A DNA stretch of 61,255 bases, the filler included, from Sphacelaria rigidula (Eukaryota): the NCBI GenBank assembly GCA_964200075.2. It is 10 parts of 10 records of this genome, joined end to end, with 100 filler letters (N's around TTAATTAATTAA, not from the genome) between each part and the next. Parts side by side here need not be neighbours in the genome. Positions count along the whole stretch, not along the records: positions 18,409 to 24,444 come from CAXNAA020022651.1; positions 24,545 to 30,580 come from CAXNAA020022652.1; positions 30,681 to 36,715 come from CAXNAA020022653.1; positions 36,816 to 42,850 come from CAXNAA020022654.1; 6 more parts are not named here. One strand, 5' to 3'. Position numbers and translations under genes: made by a program. Positions within the stretch are counted from its first letter, which is position 1, and each line of letters opens with the position of its first letter. Positions 24,361 to 37,282 of the stretch are shown in pieces. The notes under the pieces are model-generated. The model was not told where the DNA came from. It ran no database searches and worked only from the letters and a program-made list of their open reading frames with translations.

Positions 24361-24600
24361 CGGTGAGGGAGGGGGGGGGGACGGAGAGGGCTTGATCTTC
24401 TGAGACTCCGGGCTCGTCCCGCGCAAGAGGGGGGGTTCAACGCANNNNNNNNNNNNNNNNNNNNNNNNNNNNNNNNNNNNNNNNNNNNTTAATTAATTAA
24501 NNNNNNNNNNNNNNNNNNNNNNNNNNNNNNNNNNNNNNNNNNNNATTTTCAGACCGTCGTGGTAACGCCCAAGCTAGGTCTGGCACTGTGAGGGAGGAGA

Positions 24601-25078
24601 TGTTGCCCCCTGCCTGAGCAGGTCCGCAGTGGTCCTTGACATAAGACACTCATCTCCTTGGCTGCGTTGTGGGGCCGCGTCTTGCTCGGCACGGCGTATA
24701 TAACTCAGGGGTATCTGCCTCTACTTCACACCAAGATCGTGCATACCTTTTGCTTCTTGAGTCGATTAGCTTGCAGAAGATCAGCACGCAATGAGCATTG
24801 CGTATAGCATGTAGGTTATCCTCGGTGAAGGGTGGGTGATGTCGCATTCAGCAGTCAACATTGGTACAGTGCAGTCGGTTATCGTGAGACGATATGACAT
24901 ATTTGCCCTCGGATTGCATCGGTTTTCGGTCTCTTTCTTTCTCTGACCTCGTGTGCGCTTGCGGGAGGTCGCGTCTTTATATGTTATAAATCGTCACTGG
25001 GCTGAAGAATGGTTCAGCAGACCCGCAATCGCATCACCCTATAGCCTTTTATTCAGGGTCATCATCCCCCCTGTAACA
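24601..25078 (-). mobile_element. Probable 3' LTR of a gypsy element
   Basis: On the minus strand, the polypurine tract GAGGGGGGA is followed directly by TGTTACA (boundary 25078), with AATAAA inside. The other end is tentatively TGTTG at 24601. Confidence 0.55.
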
Positions 25079-25559
25079 TCCCCCCTCAATAGATTTGCCA
25101 GGTGTTTTACCAGGTATAACCTATCGAGTTGGCATGAAAGGGGTAAGTCCATACACACTCCTCTATGGCTTTCCATCGAGAAAGTACCGGATAGAGGCTC
25201 GTTTCGGCTGCACCTGGATTCGGCTGCTACCAGTTTCGGCTGTTACCAGTTTTGACTGCACTCATGGGACCGGGTGACTTTCTCATCTCCTGCTGCATCT
25301 CCGAGCTTCAGTAGAAGTTTCATGCTTGTTCATTCTTCATGGGGTTCTTCACCTGTAAATCACTCACTCGGGGGGGGTGCGCGTTTGGTGGCATGGCTTC
25401 TGCTTACCTCGAGTTTGCAACCCGTTGTCGGTACGTCCTGGTTACCGCTCACTCTGAACCGCTAATTTTACGCAATTCCCCCCTGTTGAATTCCAACTAC
25501 TCGTCGTTCGGGTATCTCGCGCGCTCGTATGGATCAGAAATCATATAGCTCACCTGTCT

Positions 25560-26130
25560 CAACTCTATTGCCGACGTTCCCGAGACGTGTCTTATGATGC
25601 TTGCACTCCGTCTTTTGTTTCCCTTTTTGTCTTCTAGGACTACCCTAACCTGATCTGGTTCGTGTCAATATTTGTTTCACAAAATTCTCCAGACATAACG
25701 CGGTGTCAGTGCCGCTTATTTGTCGTCCACGCGTGTTTAGGGCAGCCGGGAGAGTACGGTTAAAGAGTATTTGAAATAAGGCATGTTGGAAGGGACGGTT
25801 GGATCTGGAAGTGGACGTTTCGTCCGACACGTTGAGTCTACGTCCCCGTCCCACTTGTCCGTACCCTCTCAACGGTACTTTGACATCCTGGGTGATTTGC
25901 GGGACGGTAGTTCATCGATACCTGAAGTCATCTACATAAATACCTCACTCATGCTGCTGCGGGTTCCCCCCTTTTTGGCTGCAAATTAGTCTAGGCATAA
26001 CGGAGGTTCAACACAGGATCAAGAATAGGATGCGGGCCGCCGGTATCGACTCTTTCGTTGGTCGGGGGTAGGCAGGATGTTTCAGTGCCCAGTCGATGAC
26101 CTGTGGTATGTATCGAATGCCGGATGTACA
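25560..26130 (-). pseudogene. Degenerate Ty3/gypsy integrase core (rve)
   Basis: Frameshifted remnants VIDWALKHPAYPRPTKES..AARIL, MPRLICSQKGG, YRPANHPGCQSTVER and FQILFNRT follow integrase motif order upstream of the PPT/LTR. Confidence 0.68.
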
Positions 26131-29100
26131 CATGCAGTGAGTGTGCTGGAAGTCGATCTCCAAATAAGGGCTACAAAAGGCAACTCTTTACCATCGTTAT
26201 AAGTTGAGACCGGCCTTTTCCCAGCGTCTACACCCGTATGATCGAGCGTACTCGAGGTAGTCTCTGTTCGTACTGTTCGGGCAGAAATGGCCCTGCAAAA
26301 TAGCATGGTGTGTGTTAATTCAATGTGCGCGTAGTTAGTGTGCATCAGTGTTGTCAGGTCACAAATCAGTTGTCGCTGGATGACTACAGTTGACATGTGG
26401 TCATCACCGGTACCCACAACAGACACCAATCATTCCTGATGTAGCACTCAGAAAAACGTTCTTCGAGTCTTCCCTCTTCGTGTATCGTTGAATAGAGCAG
26501 CTCATGTTCGGTTAAGTTGGCGACTGTTGTTTCTTTTCTCTCCCCCCCCTTTTTTTTTGCCACTAAATTTCAACGACTGCACTGGATAAATGAGGGGAAA
26601 GTGCTGATAGCGTTGGGGTTTTTTTACATGAAACTAAACGAATTCGGAGCACAAACCTCAGGTGTTCAACACTCCTGATCAATTACTGCAATAAGCGGCT
26701 ATATCTGGTTCAACACTTGCAGACATGAAACGCTATGGGGCGGATCGCTCTCAAATCATGTGAACAGTACAGTCACAGGATAACACACCTACCCAAAACC
26801 CAAGCGCATGAGCTGTAAGATAGCAACTAGAATAGCTCGGTGGATAGATCTGGGATAAATTTGCAGCAAAAGAGCACCTGAGTTGATCGTAATGTAACAA
26901 GATATTGTGCCGGATACCAGTATTTCGACGATGAGTCGTCACGATAGAGTCACGATACGGTCTTGATATACCACACAGTTCAAGAAAAGACGGTTGCCAT
27001 TCGTGAGTGTGAAGGTACAGTGAAAACAGCATAATAAAAAAAATGAAACCTAGGAGCATCCACGCTCGAGATAAACATTGCAACACCAGAGTGAAGCGTG
27101 GCACGCAACATGGACTATTGGCGGGAGCGACTGTTACGAAAGCTATTATCATAGCCCTCGGCAATATGAGATAAGATACGCAATGTTTAGTCACAACTAA
27201 CAGTTACTTCTGTTACGTAAACAAAAGGCATACAGCAATCACCCAACCGAGCGAACCACTAATCGTATTCAACGCGGACACATACCGTCCTCGATGTACC
27301 ATGCTTCCGCGTCCCGGCGTGGCCTGGTGGGGGATGAATGGTCGCCATCGCATTTAGCGCCGTTTCTCTCGTGATGACACATATACCCAGGACAAGGGTA
27401 TGGGGTAAAGGTCAACACAAGTTGGGGGCACTGAGTACATGAAGATAAGAGCATGCCCTGGTCTTGTCACTCCTGTCGCATCTCGACTCGTTCCGTGTCG
27501 AGCACTGAATTCGACACATGACTTGTCATATAAATAAGGGTACCAAAAGGGCTCCATCATCCAATGCAATAAGTACAGACATACCAGTAAGCGACGAAAT
27601 GTACGTGTGTAGAATATGTATTGCGCATAGAATCCTAAAATGCAAAAAATGCGAAAGCCATAGAATGGTGTACATCCCCGAACCAAAACGGTCACCGCTA
27701 AAATGATATCCGGTGATGCAGCACCAGCGAAAACACAATGGTGACAAACACAATCACGATCAAATATACTTAGCAAGGTTGAGCACAATATACAATGTCA
27801 CAGTTCCCCAAAAGCTAAACTATCACCGCAAGGATGAAACCCTGTGGTGTACGGGCAGCGAGAGCGTCGGCAAGGTGTGAAGCCGGACGCAGGGGTCGTC
27901 GCGGGAAAAAGCCCAAGAGCATTGTGGATGAGTGGCAATTCAGCATGTATTGTGGTCATCACATGTGCTCTCCTCCAGAGTTTCAGTGCTCGTGATCGTA
28001 GAGCTGTTGTTGCATGAGATGCAACAGTGGGAAACTGTTTTTCATCTCCCCTTTTTTATTTTTCAAATGGTCGAACAATCTTGGCACTAGGGCTTGAGGA
28101 TAAAACTGCCAGTACATGTTGCTACGATACCCTCCCGGTTCTGTTCCCCGTCTCGGCTCGTACCTGAACTGGATGATATTACCTGTGTTGCTGGACGGAC
28201 TCCTGGGTGTCTTGTTGCGTGTGTCGTGTTGTGCTCTAGGTCGCATGTATAATCGTGCTGTGGTGCGGTACCGACAATGGTATGGTTCGCGGTACTCACA
28301 GAAGGGCTCTGGGACGCTACTATAAAAAGAAAATGAATGAAGAGAAAAATATTCTTCCGATAGATGGATGGGTGGGAGCTGATCGAGTCACCCATTATTG
28401 TACCTGTCATTTGACGCCCCACCCTGAGGCAGGGTTTACCGGGTAGGGGGTAGACCTGTGGAGAGTTGGCTTGTGCATAGATTTCTTCAACTGCGTGGTG
28501 CAAAATAAATAAATCGAATGTATGGAAGTTACTCGCAGGCGAGCAGACCTGGATATATCGATTTTTCAATGCGAAAAATGAACCAATCCTTCTTCTTCTC
28601 TTCTTTTTTTTTTTTGCGGCGGCGGTGTAGTGTATTAATCGCGTGCTTCCACGGCATATTTTCACATGTGAGTAGATATTGTGTGTTGCTTGACATTTCA
28701 TGGGTGATGGTGGGGTAATCATGCATAATGTAGCGTATATTGTGAGTAAAGTACACGTCGGTTGTGTATATGAAAAAATGTTTTATCGCCGCTTTCTTGA
28801 CAATAAAAAAAAGAGAGAAGAATGAGCTCATATCCCGTATTAAACAAGCGTATACCAGTTCTATTCAACGCTGGTGAGCGACCTACTATGATGCCGACGA
28901 TTAAAATATTCCACAAAAAAAAACTGGAGGAGAAAAAAAAATAAACGAGTAACATTTCCAATCAAGTCGGTGCTTACTCAGCCGGTGATATTTAGTCTGA
29001 GTCTGAGTGTGTCGTTTACCGACGTACAACAAAATGAAGGCAGAAATCAAGAGTGAGGCTGGAACAAAATGCCAAAATAAAAAAAATGAGACGTTGCGTG

Positions 29101-31282
29101 AGGATTGCTTGCGGCAAACGACCCCGAATCATGATATATTTTGTGCGGGGCATGAGCCATTTCCTTTTTTCTCCTCCTTTTTTATTTTTTGCTGTGATAA
29201 GTGGTCTGTTGATTGCGTTCCCCGACACAGAATGTTGTCATGTTAGCTGTTGAAATTGATTGGCATTTCATGGTTGTTAATGGGATGAGAGCATCGTGTG
29301 TTACATGCCGGTTCAGAGGAGAACAATGACCTAGGTGCATGTCGTTTCATTATCGTTCATGTCCAAGAAGTTAAGAAAAATGAGGAAGGAGAAAAAAAAA
29401 GAATAAAAAAGGAACTGAGCTCATGTCTCGCATAAAAAAAACTTCATTAGTTCCGATTAGTCCCGCAAGCAATCGATGTACCCTGTTCGGGCAATATTGT
29501 GCACGGAAGAATACGTGTTGCACTGGATGTGAGTCAAGTCGATCGTTGTGTCTGTTACACTATCGTAGGAGTTATGTGGTGACTCAGTTGTATTAGACAC
29601 TTATGCGCTTATAGCCTGAAAAGGAAAACTGATTGTGGCAGTAGAACCTGGTTCGTGCCCGACACGGGTACCAGCCCTGCGATGTTGATGCTGGATAAGC
29701 AGGATGGTTAGGAAAGGTGACCCCGCCACCACTGGCAAGGTTCGTTGTATGCCTTTGTTTCCTAGGGCGATGTCGTATGTGACCACGTCCAAATCATGTG
29801 AGATAACTGGTGTGTCTACCATGATCGTAAGCCAGCAACAACAAAAATTTGCGGACCCTGTAGGGAGTGGGAAGTTTTCCTAGATTTTGATAAGCATAAA
29901 TCTGACCCTGGACCCGCACATTGTGCTGCTGTGAGGCGGACAGCTGCTACCAACAGTCACTGAGGATACAACAGCGTCGTGCTGGTTCAATCTTTTTGCC
30001 TCAACCTGCATGCACCTGCCTTACGTGTCTTCTGCGCTACAAGGAGTATACAGTAGTTACGGCAGACCGGACACAGAGCTGCAGACTCGCCACCTGACTG
30101 TTTGAAAACTTGATTCTGCCGCATTTTGACCCCACCCAGGTTTTGTGCGGACGGAAACAGGGCATGCAGTAGTGCAATTGCTCACGCACTCTCAAGCGCG
30201 CATCGCGCCGAGGTCGCCGTAGAGATTTTAGATGCACTACAGCGCAACGGCGACTACAATATACGAAAGACGGGTTGCGGCAGCGGGTTGTGCATTTGAC
30301 CCGGGGTGCAACCTCTTGTACACCATCATGGTTGAGGGGTTGTGACAGACAGTACAAAACAAACTCCACTTCACTGCGGGCCGGGCTGCGGTCTACATTT
30401 CATCCGGCGAACCGCACGCTGAGTGCGTGCATTTGTCTCTCCTGCTCTCTCGGTTGGACACCATGTCGCAGAAGCAAATTAGGCATTGGTTAGGTGTGCA
30501 AGGTAGCCTCTACATGGGTCGCATTGGGTACGCAAGGCATCCTGGGACCCCGTATTACAGTGTAAAACGGCAATACGAACNNNNNNNNNNNNNNNNNNNN
30601 NNNNNNNNNNNNNNNNNNNNNNNNTTAATTAATTAANNNNNNNNNNNNNNNNNNNNNNNNNNNNNNNNNNNNNNNNNNNNGAGACGATAGATACCCTCAC
30701 CTTCACCTAACTCGTCATCTATCCCGAGATATGGCGCACATGATAAAATCGATGTATTACGAGCAGAGGCACAAGATGCCTTAATCTGGACATTGCGTCT
30801 CATTTTTTTCAGGGTGGTTCGATAAAATTTCGTCTGGTGGACCGCTAGTGCAAAATAAAATATAATGCAACGGCTTGCTACCTTTTCTCATTTTTTTTTC
30901 TTTTCGTGTTTTTCGTGGAGTTTTGAGGGAAAATGGACGCTGCTCTTAGGCCTTATCGCACTGTTGTAGCTCAACTTCTAGAAATGTGATTTAAAAGTTA
31001 GCATGGGAAACCACAAAAGCGTGCCGAACAAAAGAAAAATGGGCCTTCATTTTTTTTTTTTTTTCATAGAGGTTCGGACGTTCTCGTAAAAATTTGGTCC
31101 TGACCATAGTAGAACGCCCTGAACCAGTGAATAAAAATGAAAAACGTCAACCTAACCCATTTGTTTTATTAATCATGCCTTAGAGAGCGCCCACACCAAA
31201 TGTCAATTCACGAATACCAAACGTGGGCCGGTAAGTGGCCCGCGAAATACTGTTCCGAATTTCTACCGACCCGGTTTTTGAT

Positions 31283-31555
31283 AGGCCCATGCTCTTTTAT
31301 ACATTTAGAGTTGGACTCTGAAATTTGGTATGGACAGTGCATAGGGCATAACAAAAAAATTACTGAAGTACCAAGAGTTTTTTTTTTTTTCATGAGTTAA
31401 GAGCATTTTAATGATACCTGAAAACCGATTATTACCCTTAACTAATGAAAAAAATACCTTTTGGTACTTCAATACTTTTTTCTGTTATGCCCTATGCACT
31501 GTCCATATACCAAATTTCAGGGCCCAACTCTAAATGTATAAAAGAGCATAGGCCT
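31283..31555. repeat. Foldback (inverted repeat, ~118-bp arms, ~36-bp spacer)
   Basis: AGGCCCATGCTCTTTTATACATTTAGAGTTGG... pairs with ...CCAACTCTAAATGTATAAAAGAGCATAGGCCT. Confidence 0.85.
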
Positions 31556-31624
31556 GCAAACTTCAAATCCGCCTCTGGGCTGGCCCAGCCCGTAGATTTC
31601 CTTCGAGTTATCTTTCGTGCACTT

Positions 31625-32070
31625 AACACGGAATCTTACAAATGGGGGATGGATCTTTTATTGGGGATGAGAAACCCTGAGAATTCAAATCTTCGTATCC
31701 ACACCAAATCTTCGAAATATTGTTCCATTTCTTCACCTACTGGTAGTTTTTGACAACTGCTACGCGCCATCGAAGTTTGGATCTCGATGACCGAAATGTT
31801 GGGGTCGTCGGTGAAAACCAGTTCCGGAACCATTTTGGCGTCCGTTCGGACACCCAGAATTCCCCACAATTGGTTTTTCACCTAGGACCCCAACATTTCG
31901 GTTACCGAGATCCAAATTTCTATTATGGTGTGTGGCAGTTGTCAATAGCTACCGGTAGGGGAAGAAATGGGACCATATTTCGAAGATTTGGTGTGGATGC
32001 GAAGATTTTAATTCTCCGGGTTTTTCATCCCCAATAAAAGATGCATCCCCAATTTGTAAGATCCCGTGTT
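31625..32070. mobile_element. Palindromic ~445-bp MITE, AACACGG...CCGTGTT, TSD ACTT
   Basis: Almost entirely an inverted repeat. ACTT at 31621-31624 and 32071-32074. Confidence 0.93.
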
Positions 32071-32185
32071 ACTTGCATTTTGCATGAGTGCCCGTATGGG
32101 CATAGTTGGAACAAAACAAAAAACGGTAGGCACGTCAGGATGTTTGCTGGCCTTTCGCGTGGTCTTGCGGCAATGCTCGTAGATA

Positions 32186-32796
32186 CTTCAGTCATCTGTT
32201 ACGCCTAGCGGTGCTCTGACTTTTCTTCTACATACTTCCTTCGGATTCTGCAGCCTCCACGCCGTCATCGGATGGTTCTTAAGTGACATTTCCACAAAAA
32301 AAAACTCTTTTTGGGCGAACCCTTCATCACCTTCATCACATGTATGTACCCGCGCGGTCATCACGCACTACGCCGTGCCTCACGCACAGGGACATATTCT
32401 CAACAACAGCTTTCAAAAACGCTGTCTTGTGTTTTATCCACCCATGACCGCCGTGCTCTCGCTTGCGATTCGGGCCGCTTCAGTCATTTGTTACGCCTAG
32501 CGGTGCTTTGACTTTTCTTCTACATACTTCCTTCGGATTCTGCAGCCTCCACGCCGTCATCGGATGGTTTTAAAGTGACATTTCCACAAAAAGAAACCCT
32601 TTTTGGGCGAACCCTTCATCACCTTCACATGTACCCGCGGGGTCATCACGCACTATGCCGTGCCTCACGCACAGGGACATATTTCCAACAACAGCTTTCA
32701 AGAACGCTGTCTTGTGTTTCATCCACCCTTGACCGCCGTGCTCTCGCTTGCGATTCGGGCCCCCGCGCCCACTGCGGGGGCCCTTCAGTGCCCTAG
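32186..32796 (+). mobile_element. Helitron 3' end with a ~292-bp internal tandem duplication
   Basis: Perfect 10-bp stem GGGCCCCCGC/GCGGGGGCCC (32757-32783), 9 nt, then CTAG (32793-32796) followed by T of a (TA)n tract. Units start at 32186 and 32478. 5' end not located. Confidence 0.8.
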
Positions 32797-32834
<38 letters not shown>

Positions 32835-33038
32835 TGCAAGCGTTTCGGCAGCTTCGCCGCCACAATCAGTGGATCGACAGCCAAGATGCATGGGCACCGG
32901 TGATAGAGTTGGGGTAAACGTGCGTGACGATTCAATTTTGAAGATGATGTCGATCCCAAAAACGAGTATTTCTGCCTCGTTTGTAGGCCGAGGAGGAACA
33001 TTCCCGTTCATAGGAACACATAGCAAGGCTTGACACCT

Positions 33039-33240
33039 TGTAATAATGCGTGAGAGGGCCGCGTGCTTAGAGGACCGCGCCGAAGTCCAAAATACCTTCA
33101 GGATCGACGTTTCTCGAAATCAATCGGGCCAGCCCTGCAGGTACCACGCCCCTGACCATAACCCCAACACCAACCCTAACCATAGGGATGTTCAAATTCC
33201 GATGCGGTCCTCTAAGCACGCGGTCCTCTCACGAATTACA
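33039..33240. mobile_element. Ginger-like MITE copy
   Basis: Same TIR and interior as 23275-23478. Further partial inverted ends start at 33663 and 35288. Confidence 0.88.
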
Positions 33241-34651
33241 ACGCGGCCCTCGGGAGGCAAAAACAAGCCTCCGGAGGCCTTCAATCTCTGGAGGAAACCA
33301 AACTCTGCCGCCCGAGAGTGCCGCGCACTTCTCCGGAAGAATCTGGGGATAGCAAAATGCCTCCGGAGGGATGCGCGGCCCTCCAGAGGAAAAAACAAGC
33401 CTGCGGGGGCGTAAATTCCCTCTGGAGGAAACCAGAGATTACTCCTCTGGAGGGCCGCGCACCCGTCCGGAGGCGTTTAATTCCTCTGGAAGCTCGAAAC
33501 ATTGACCGCCGTGGAGGAACTTTGGGGCAGCCAAATGGCCGCGTATGCATTCTTAGGACAAGAGATTAGGTTAGGTTGCGCGGCCGTCTCGGGCGATAGA
33601 GTTTGGTTTCCTCCAGAGATTGAAGGCCTCCGGAGGCTTGTTTTTGCCTCCCGTGGCCGTGCTGTAATGCGTGAGAGGACCGCGTGCTTAGAGGACCGCA
33701 TTGGAATTCGAACATCTCTATGGTTAGGGTTAGTTAGGCTGATGCCGTGATAACCCCCCCCCCCCCCGCCCCAGAATATACTGGCTGGTTTGAGGAGGCA
33801 GAATCTACCTGTGAGTCAAAATAACAAAAGCCAATCACACCGAGCAGCTGGCAACTCCCGCACTTGGAATCGTCGTCGCCTATATCGCCCATAGAAGCCG
33901 CTTCATACAGTCTGGAACCAACTGTCATTCGGGATAGGGACATTTTATTCGTGGCGGTTGTGGGGCTGGCTTCTCGGGGGGGAGGGGGGAGGGCTATCGC
34001 GGCATTGCTCTTCACGGGTTCTCAGTTACAGTAGCTTGCCTCCCCTACTCTTCGGTCAAGCCAGGCGTCATGGATATGACTGATCAAATATTTTATATAG
34101 AAGTTAATATACCCGCTCCCTCCTGAAGGGCCGCAAATGAAAAAAAGAGGGGTGTCGGTTGGGAGGTTCCATATCGACGCACCGATGGAACGCATCATAT
34201 TTTTCGTTCCAGTATTACAAGAGATAGATAGACAGAGAAAGGGAGACATAGAGCGCTGGTCCTGCCACAGCTAAACGTAAAGACCCAAAGAGTATTCTAC
34301 GGCATCGCTGTCGCAGACGCTTGCACCGTCCATTGTTTCATGCCCCCTACAAAATAGCGAGGAAAATCGAGGTTGCCCTCCTCCCTTCGGTCGATTTCCA
34401 CGCCCAATCAACCCTTTTCTTGCATCGGTTTAGAGGTGGCTCATCGCGTCCCCTGCTCTTGAATCAGGTAAGCTCCCTCAGGTAATCTAGAATCAAATAA
34501 CTTGGTTCACTTATACGTACCCTTGTTCACGCAACTTACCTTACCTAGTCCAAACGACTTGGTTCACCCACACTGAGGAATTCACCTTCCCTGCTCTTAA
34601 ATCGAGTAGCCTCCATCCCAGCTTGTATAGTGTCAAGTGAATTTGTTCACC

Positions 34652-35172
34652 CACGAACGCAGCCATTTGGCTACCCCCCAAAATGCCTCCAGAGGGATAC
34701 GCGTGTAATGCGTGAGAGGACCGCGTGCTTAGAGGACCGCGCCGAAGTCCAAAATACCTCCAGGATCGACGTCTCGCGAAATCAATCGGGCCAGCCCTGC
34801 AGGTACCACGCCCCTGACCATAACCCCAACACTCCTTTGAGCACGCGGTCCTCTCACGAATTACAACGCGGCCCTCGGGAGGCAAAAACAAGCCTCCGGA
34901 GGCCTTCAATCTCTGGAGGAAACCAAACTCTACCGCCCGAGAGTGCCGCGCACTCCTCCGGAAGAATCTGGGGATAGCAAAATGCCTCCGGAGGGATGCG
35001 CGGCCCTCCAGAGGAAAAAACAAGCCTGCGGGGGCGTAAATTCCCTCTGGAGGAAACCAGAGATTACTCCTCTGGAGGGCCGCGCACCCGTCCGGAGGCG
35101 TTTAATTCCTCTGGAAGCTCGAAACATTGACCGCCGTGGAGGAACTTTGGGGCAGCCAAATGGCCGCGTATG
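34652..35172. mobile_element. CACTA/CMC-like MITE carrying a nested Ginger-like MITE (34704-34865, TSD ACGCG)
   Basis: Ends resemble CACACGCGGCCATTTGGCT. ACGCG at 34699-34703 and 34866-34870. Interior matches 45962-46294. Confidence 0.78.
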
Positions 35173-36509
35173 CATTCTTAGGACAAGAGATTAGGTTAGG
35201 TTGCGCGGCCGTCTCGGGCGATAGAGTTTGGTTTCCTCCAGAGATTGAAGGCCTCCGGAGGCTTGTTTTTGCCTCCCGTGGCCGTGCTGTAATGCGTGAG
35301 AGGACCGCGTGCTTAGAGGACCGCATTGGAATTCGAACATCTCTATGGTTAGGGTTAGTTAGGCTGATGCCGTGATAACCCCCCCCCCCCCCGCCCCAGA
35401 ATATACTGGGTGGTGTGAGGAGGCAGAATCTACATGTGAGTCAAAATAACAAAAGCCAATCACACCGAGCAGCTGGCAACTCCCGCACTTGGAATCGTCG
35501 TCGCCTATATCGCCCATAGAAGCCGCTTCATACAGTCTGGAACCAGCTGTCATTCGGGATAGGGACATTTTATTCGTGGCGGTTGTGGGGCTGGCTTCTC
35601 GGGGGGGAGGGGGGAGGGCTATCGTGGCATTGCTCTTCACGGGTTCTCAGTTACAGTAGCTTGCCTCCCCTACTCTTCGGTCAAGCCAGGCGTCATGGAT
35701 ATGACTGATCAAATATTTTATATAGAAGTTAATATACCCGCTCCCTCCTGAAGGGCCGCAAATGAAAAAAAGAGGGGTGTCGGTTGGGAGGTTCCATATC
35801 GACGCACCGATGGAACGCATCATATTTTTCGTTCCAGTATTACAAGAGATAGATAGACAGAGAAAGGGAGACAGAGAGCGCTGGTCCTGTCACAACTAAA
35901 CGTAAGGACCCAAAGAGTATTCTACGGCATCGCTGTCGCAGACGCTTGCACCGTCCACTGTTTCATGCCCCCTACAAAATAGCGAGGAAAATCGAGGTTG
36001 CCCTCCTCCCTTCGGTTGATTTCCACGCCCAATCAACCCTTTTCTTGCATCGGTTTAGAGGTGGCTTATCGGGAGGACAGCCACCTCGTGGCACCTTGCG
36101 ATTAGTATGACATATCACTCACCGCGCACGTCCAAAATTTTGGCTGCCTTCTTCCCCGTGTGTTGCGTTGCGGATAAATAGAGGTCTGGTGTGCCTCGCC
36201 AACTCTGTAACACCTCCCCCAAAGCGGTCTCAGCGCGATGATGGTGGAAATGTAGGTGCCGCGATGACCGACGACCAGTTCTCTACCGTTCTCTCGGTTA
36301 TGCTATAGGGAGATCAGAGGAGATAGGCGTCACCTTCCATGGTTCTCTCGATTACCGCTGTGCATCTCGAGTGTATGACCCACATGTGCCACCTGCTGAA
36401 GAGAAAGCCAGCTCCGCGGCCCATAATGAGCCGAACAGTCCACGTCTAGAAATCTTTTTATGTTCCCTTTCGCATTTTAATTAGACTTCTCCTGGCGGCG
36501 GGCCGATGG

Positions 36510-36625
36510 GTTGTTGTTGTTGTTGTTGTTGTCTTTCACATTCAAAAGTCGTTCCGGTATCTGCGCAGTGCTGTACTGAGCATCTGACTCGGACGTCTTT
36601 CGTGGTCACAGGCTACCAACTTCCA
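36510..36625 (-). mobile_element. (CAA)n-tailed non-LTR element 3' end
   Basis: (GTT)n then TTCACAT...TATCTGCGCAG...TACTG.GCATCTGA..CGGACG.CTT.CGTGGT.ACAGGCTA; homologous copy at 51614-51760. Confidence 0.65.
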
Positions 36626-36646
36626 CCCCATGTTGTGAGGGTAAAA

Positions 36647-36715
36647 AACAGCCGATCATCTATGTTGAGGATGGTCCTTTTCATTGAGGATGAGAACCCG
36701 GAGGATTAAAATCTT
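36647..36715. mobile_element. End of an AACAGCCG-terminated MITE related to the AACACGG family
   Basis: Starts AACAGCCGATCATC and shares GAGGATGAGAACCCGGAGGATTAAAATCTT with the AACACGG MITEs. The reverse complement is at 55221-55292. Confidence 0.7.
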
Positions 36716-37282
36716 NNNNNNNNNNNNNNNNNNNNNNNNNNNNNNNNNNNNNNNNNNNNTTAATTAATTAANNNNNNNNNNNNNNNNNNNNNNNNNNNNN
36801 NNNNNNNNNNNNNNNAACTTATTATACTAAAACCAAGTAATTTCCTGACGAATCATTATTTGTCCTAATCGTGAAGTATTTCAAAGAGTTTGTACGTCGG
36901 GAGTGGTTGCGGGTTGGTTGGGGCTGGATTATTATTCTTGGAAAAAGGGAACATAATATGAATACGGCAGCAGAGTAGTTGTAGGCACGCAAGTCAGAAA
37001 GAGACAACAACACCACAGCACGTTGTGAAGAAAAATAACCCCCCGGAATTCTAGGAAAGCACTTTTAAAGAGAGAACATAACATAATAAGCACGAAGAAG
37101 CACAACATAAAAGTACATGCTCGGATGAGAGCGAATAACGAGAGCAAACTGAAGATAAACCCTTGGACCGCGAACATGGTCCATCTGGGCTGTGCATAAT
37201 AATTTCAAGTGAAATTGATGCCGATTCTACAGATAAACTACTCTCGCGGTCCAAGGGTTGAGGAAGAGTAAAAGCAACTATG

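Larger units (their letters stand above)
33039..36071 (+). repeat. Recent ~1.4-kb direct duplication (33039-34446 and 34704-36071)
   Basis: Near-identical blocks offset by about 1625 bp; the ORF track gives twin translations (for example 33318 and 34943). Confidence 0.92.

Noticed and set aside
33734..34015. Ankyrin-like peptide LYEAASMGD (also 35359-35640)
   Set aside because: Only a short motif, with no full repeat and no convincing splice context.
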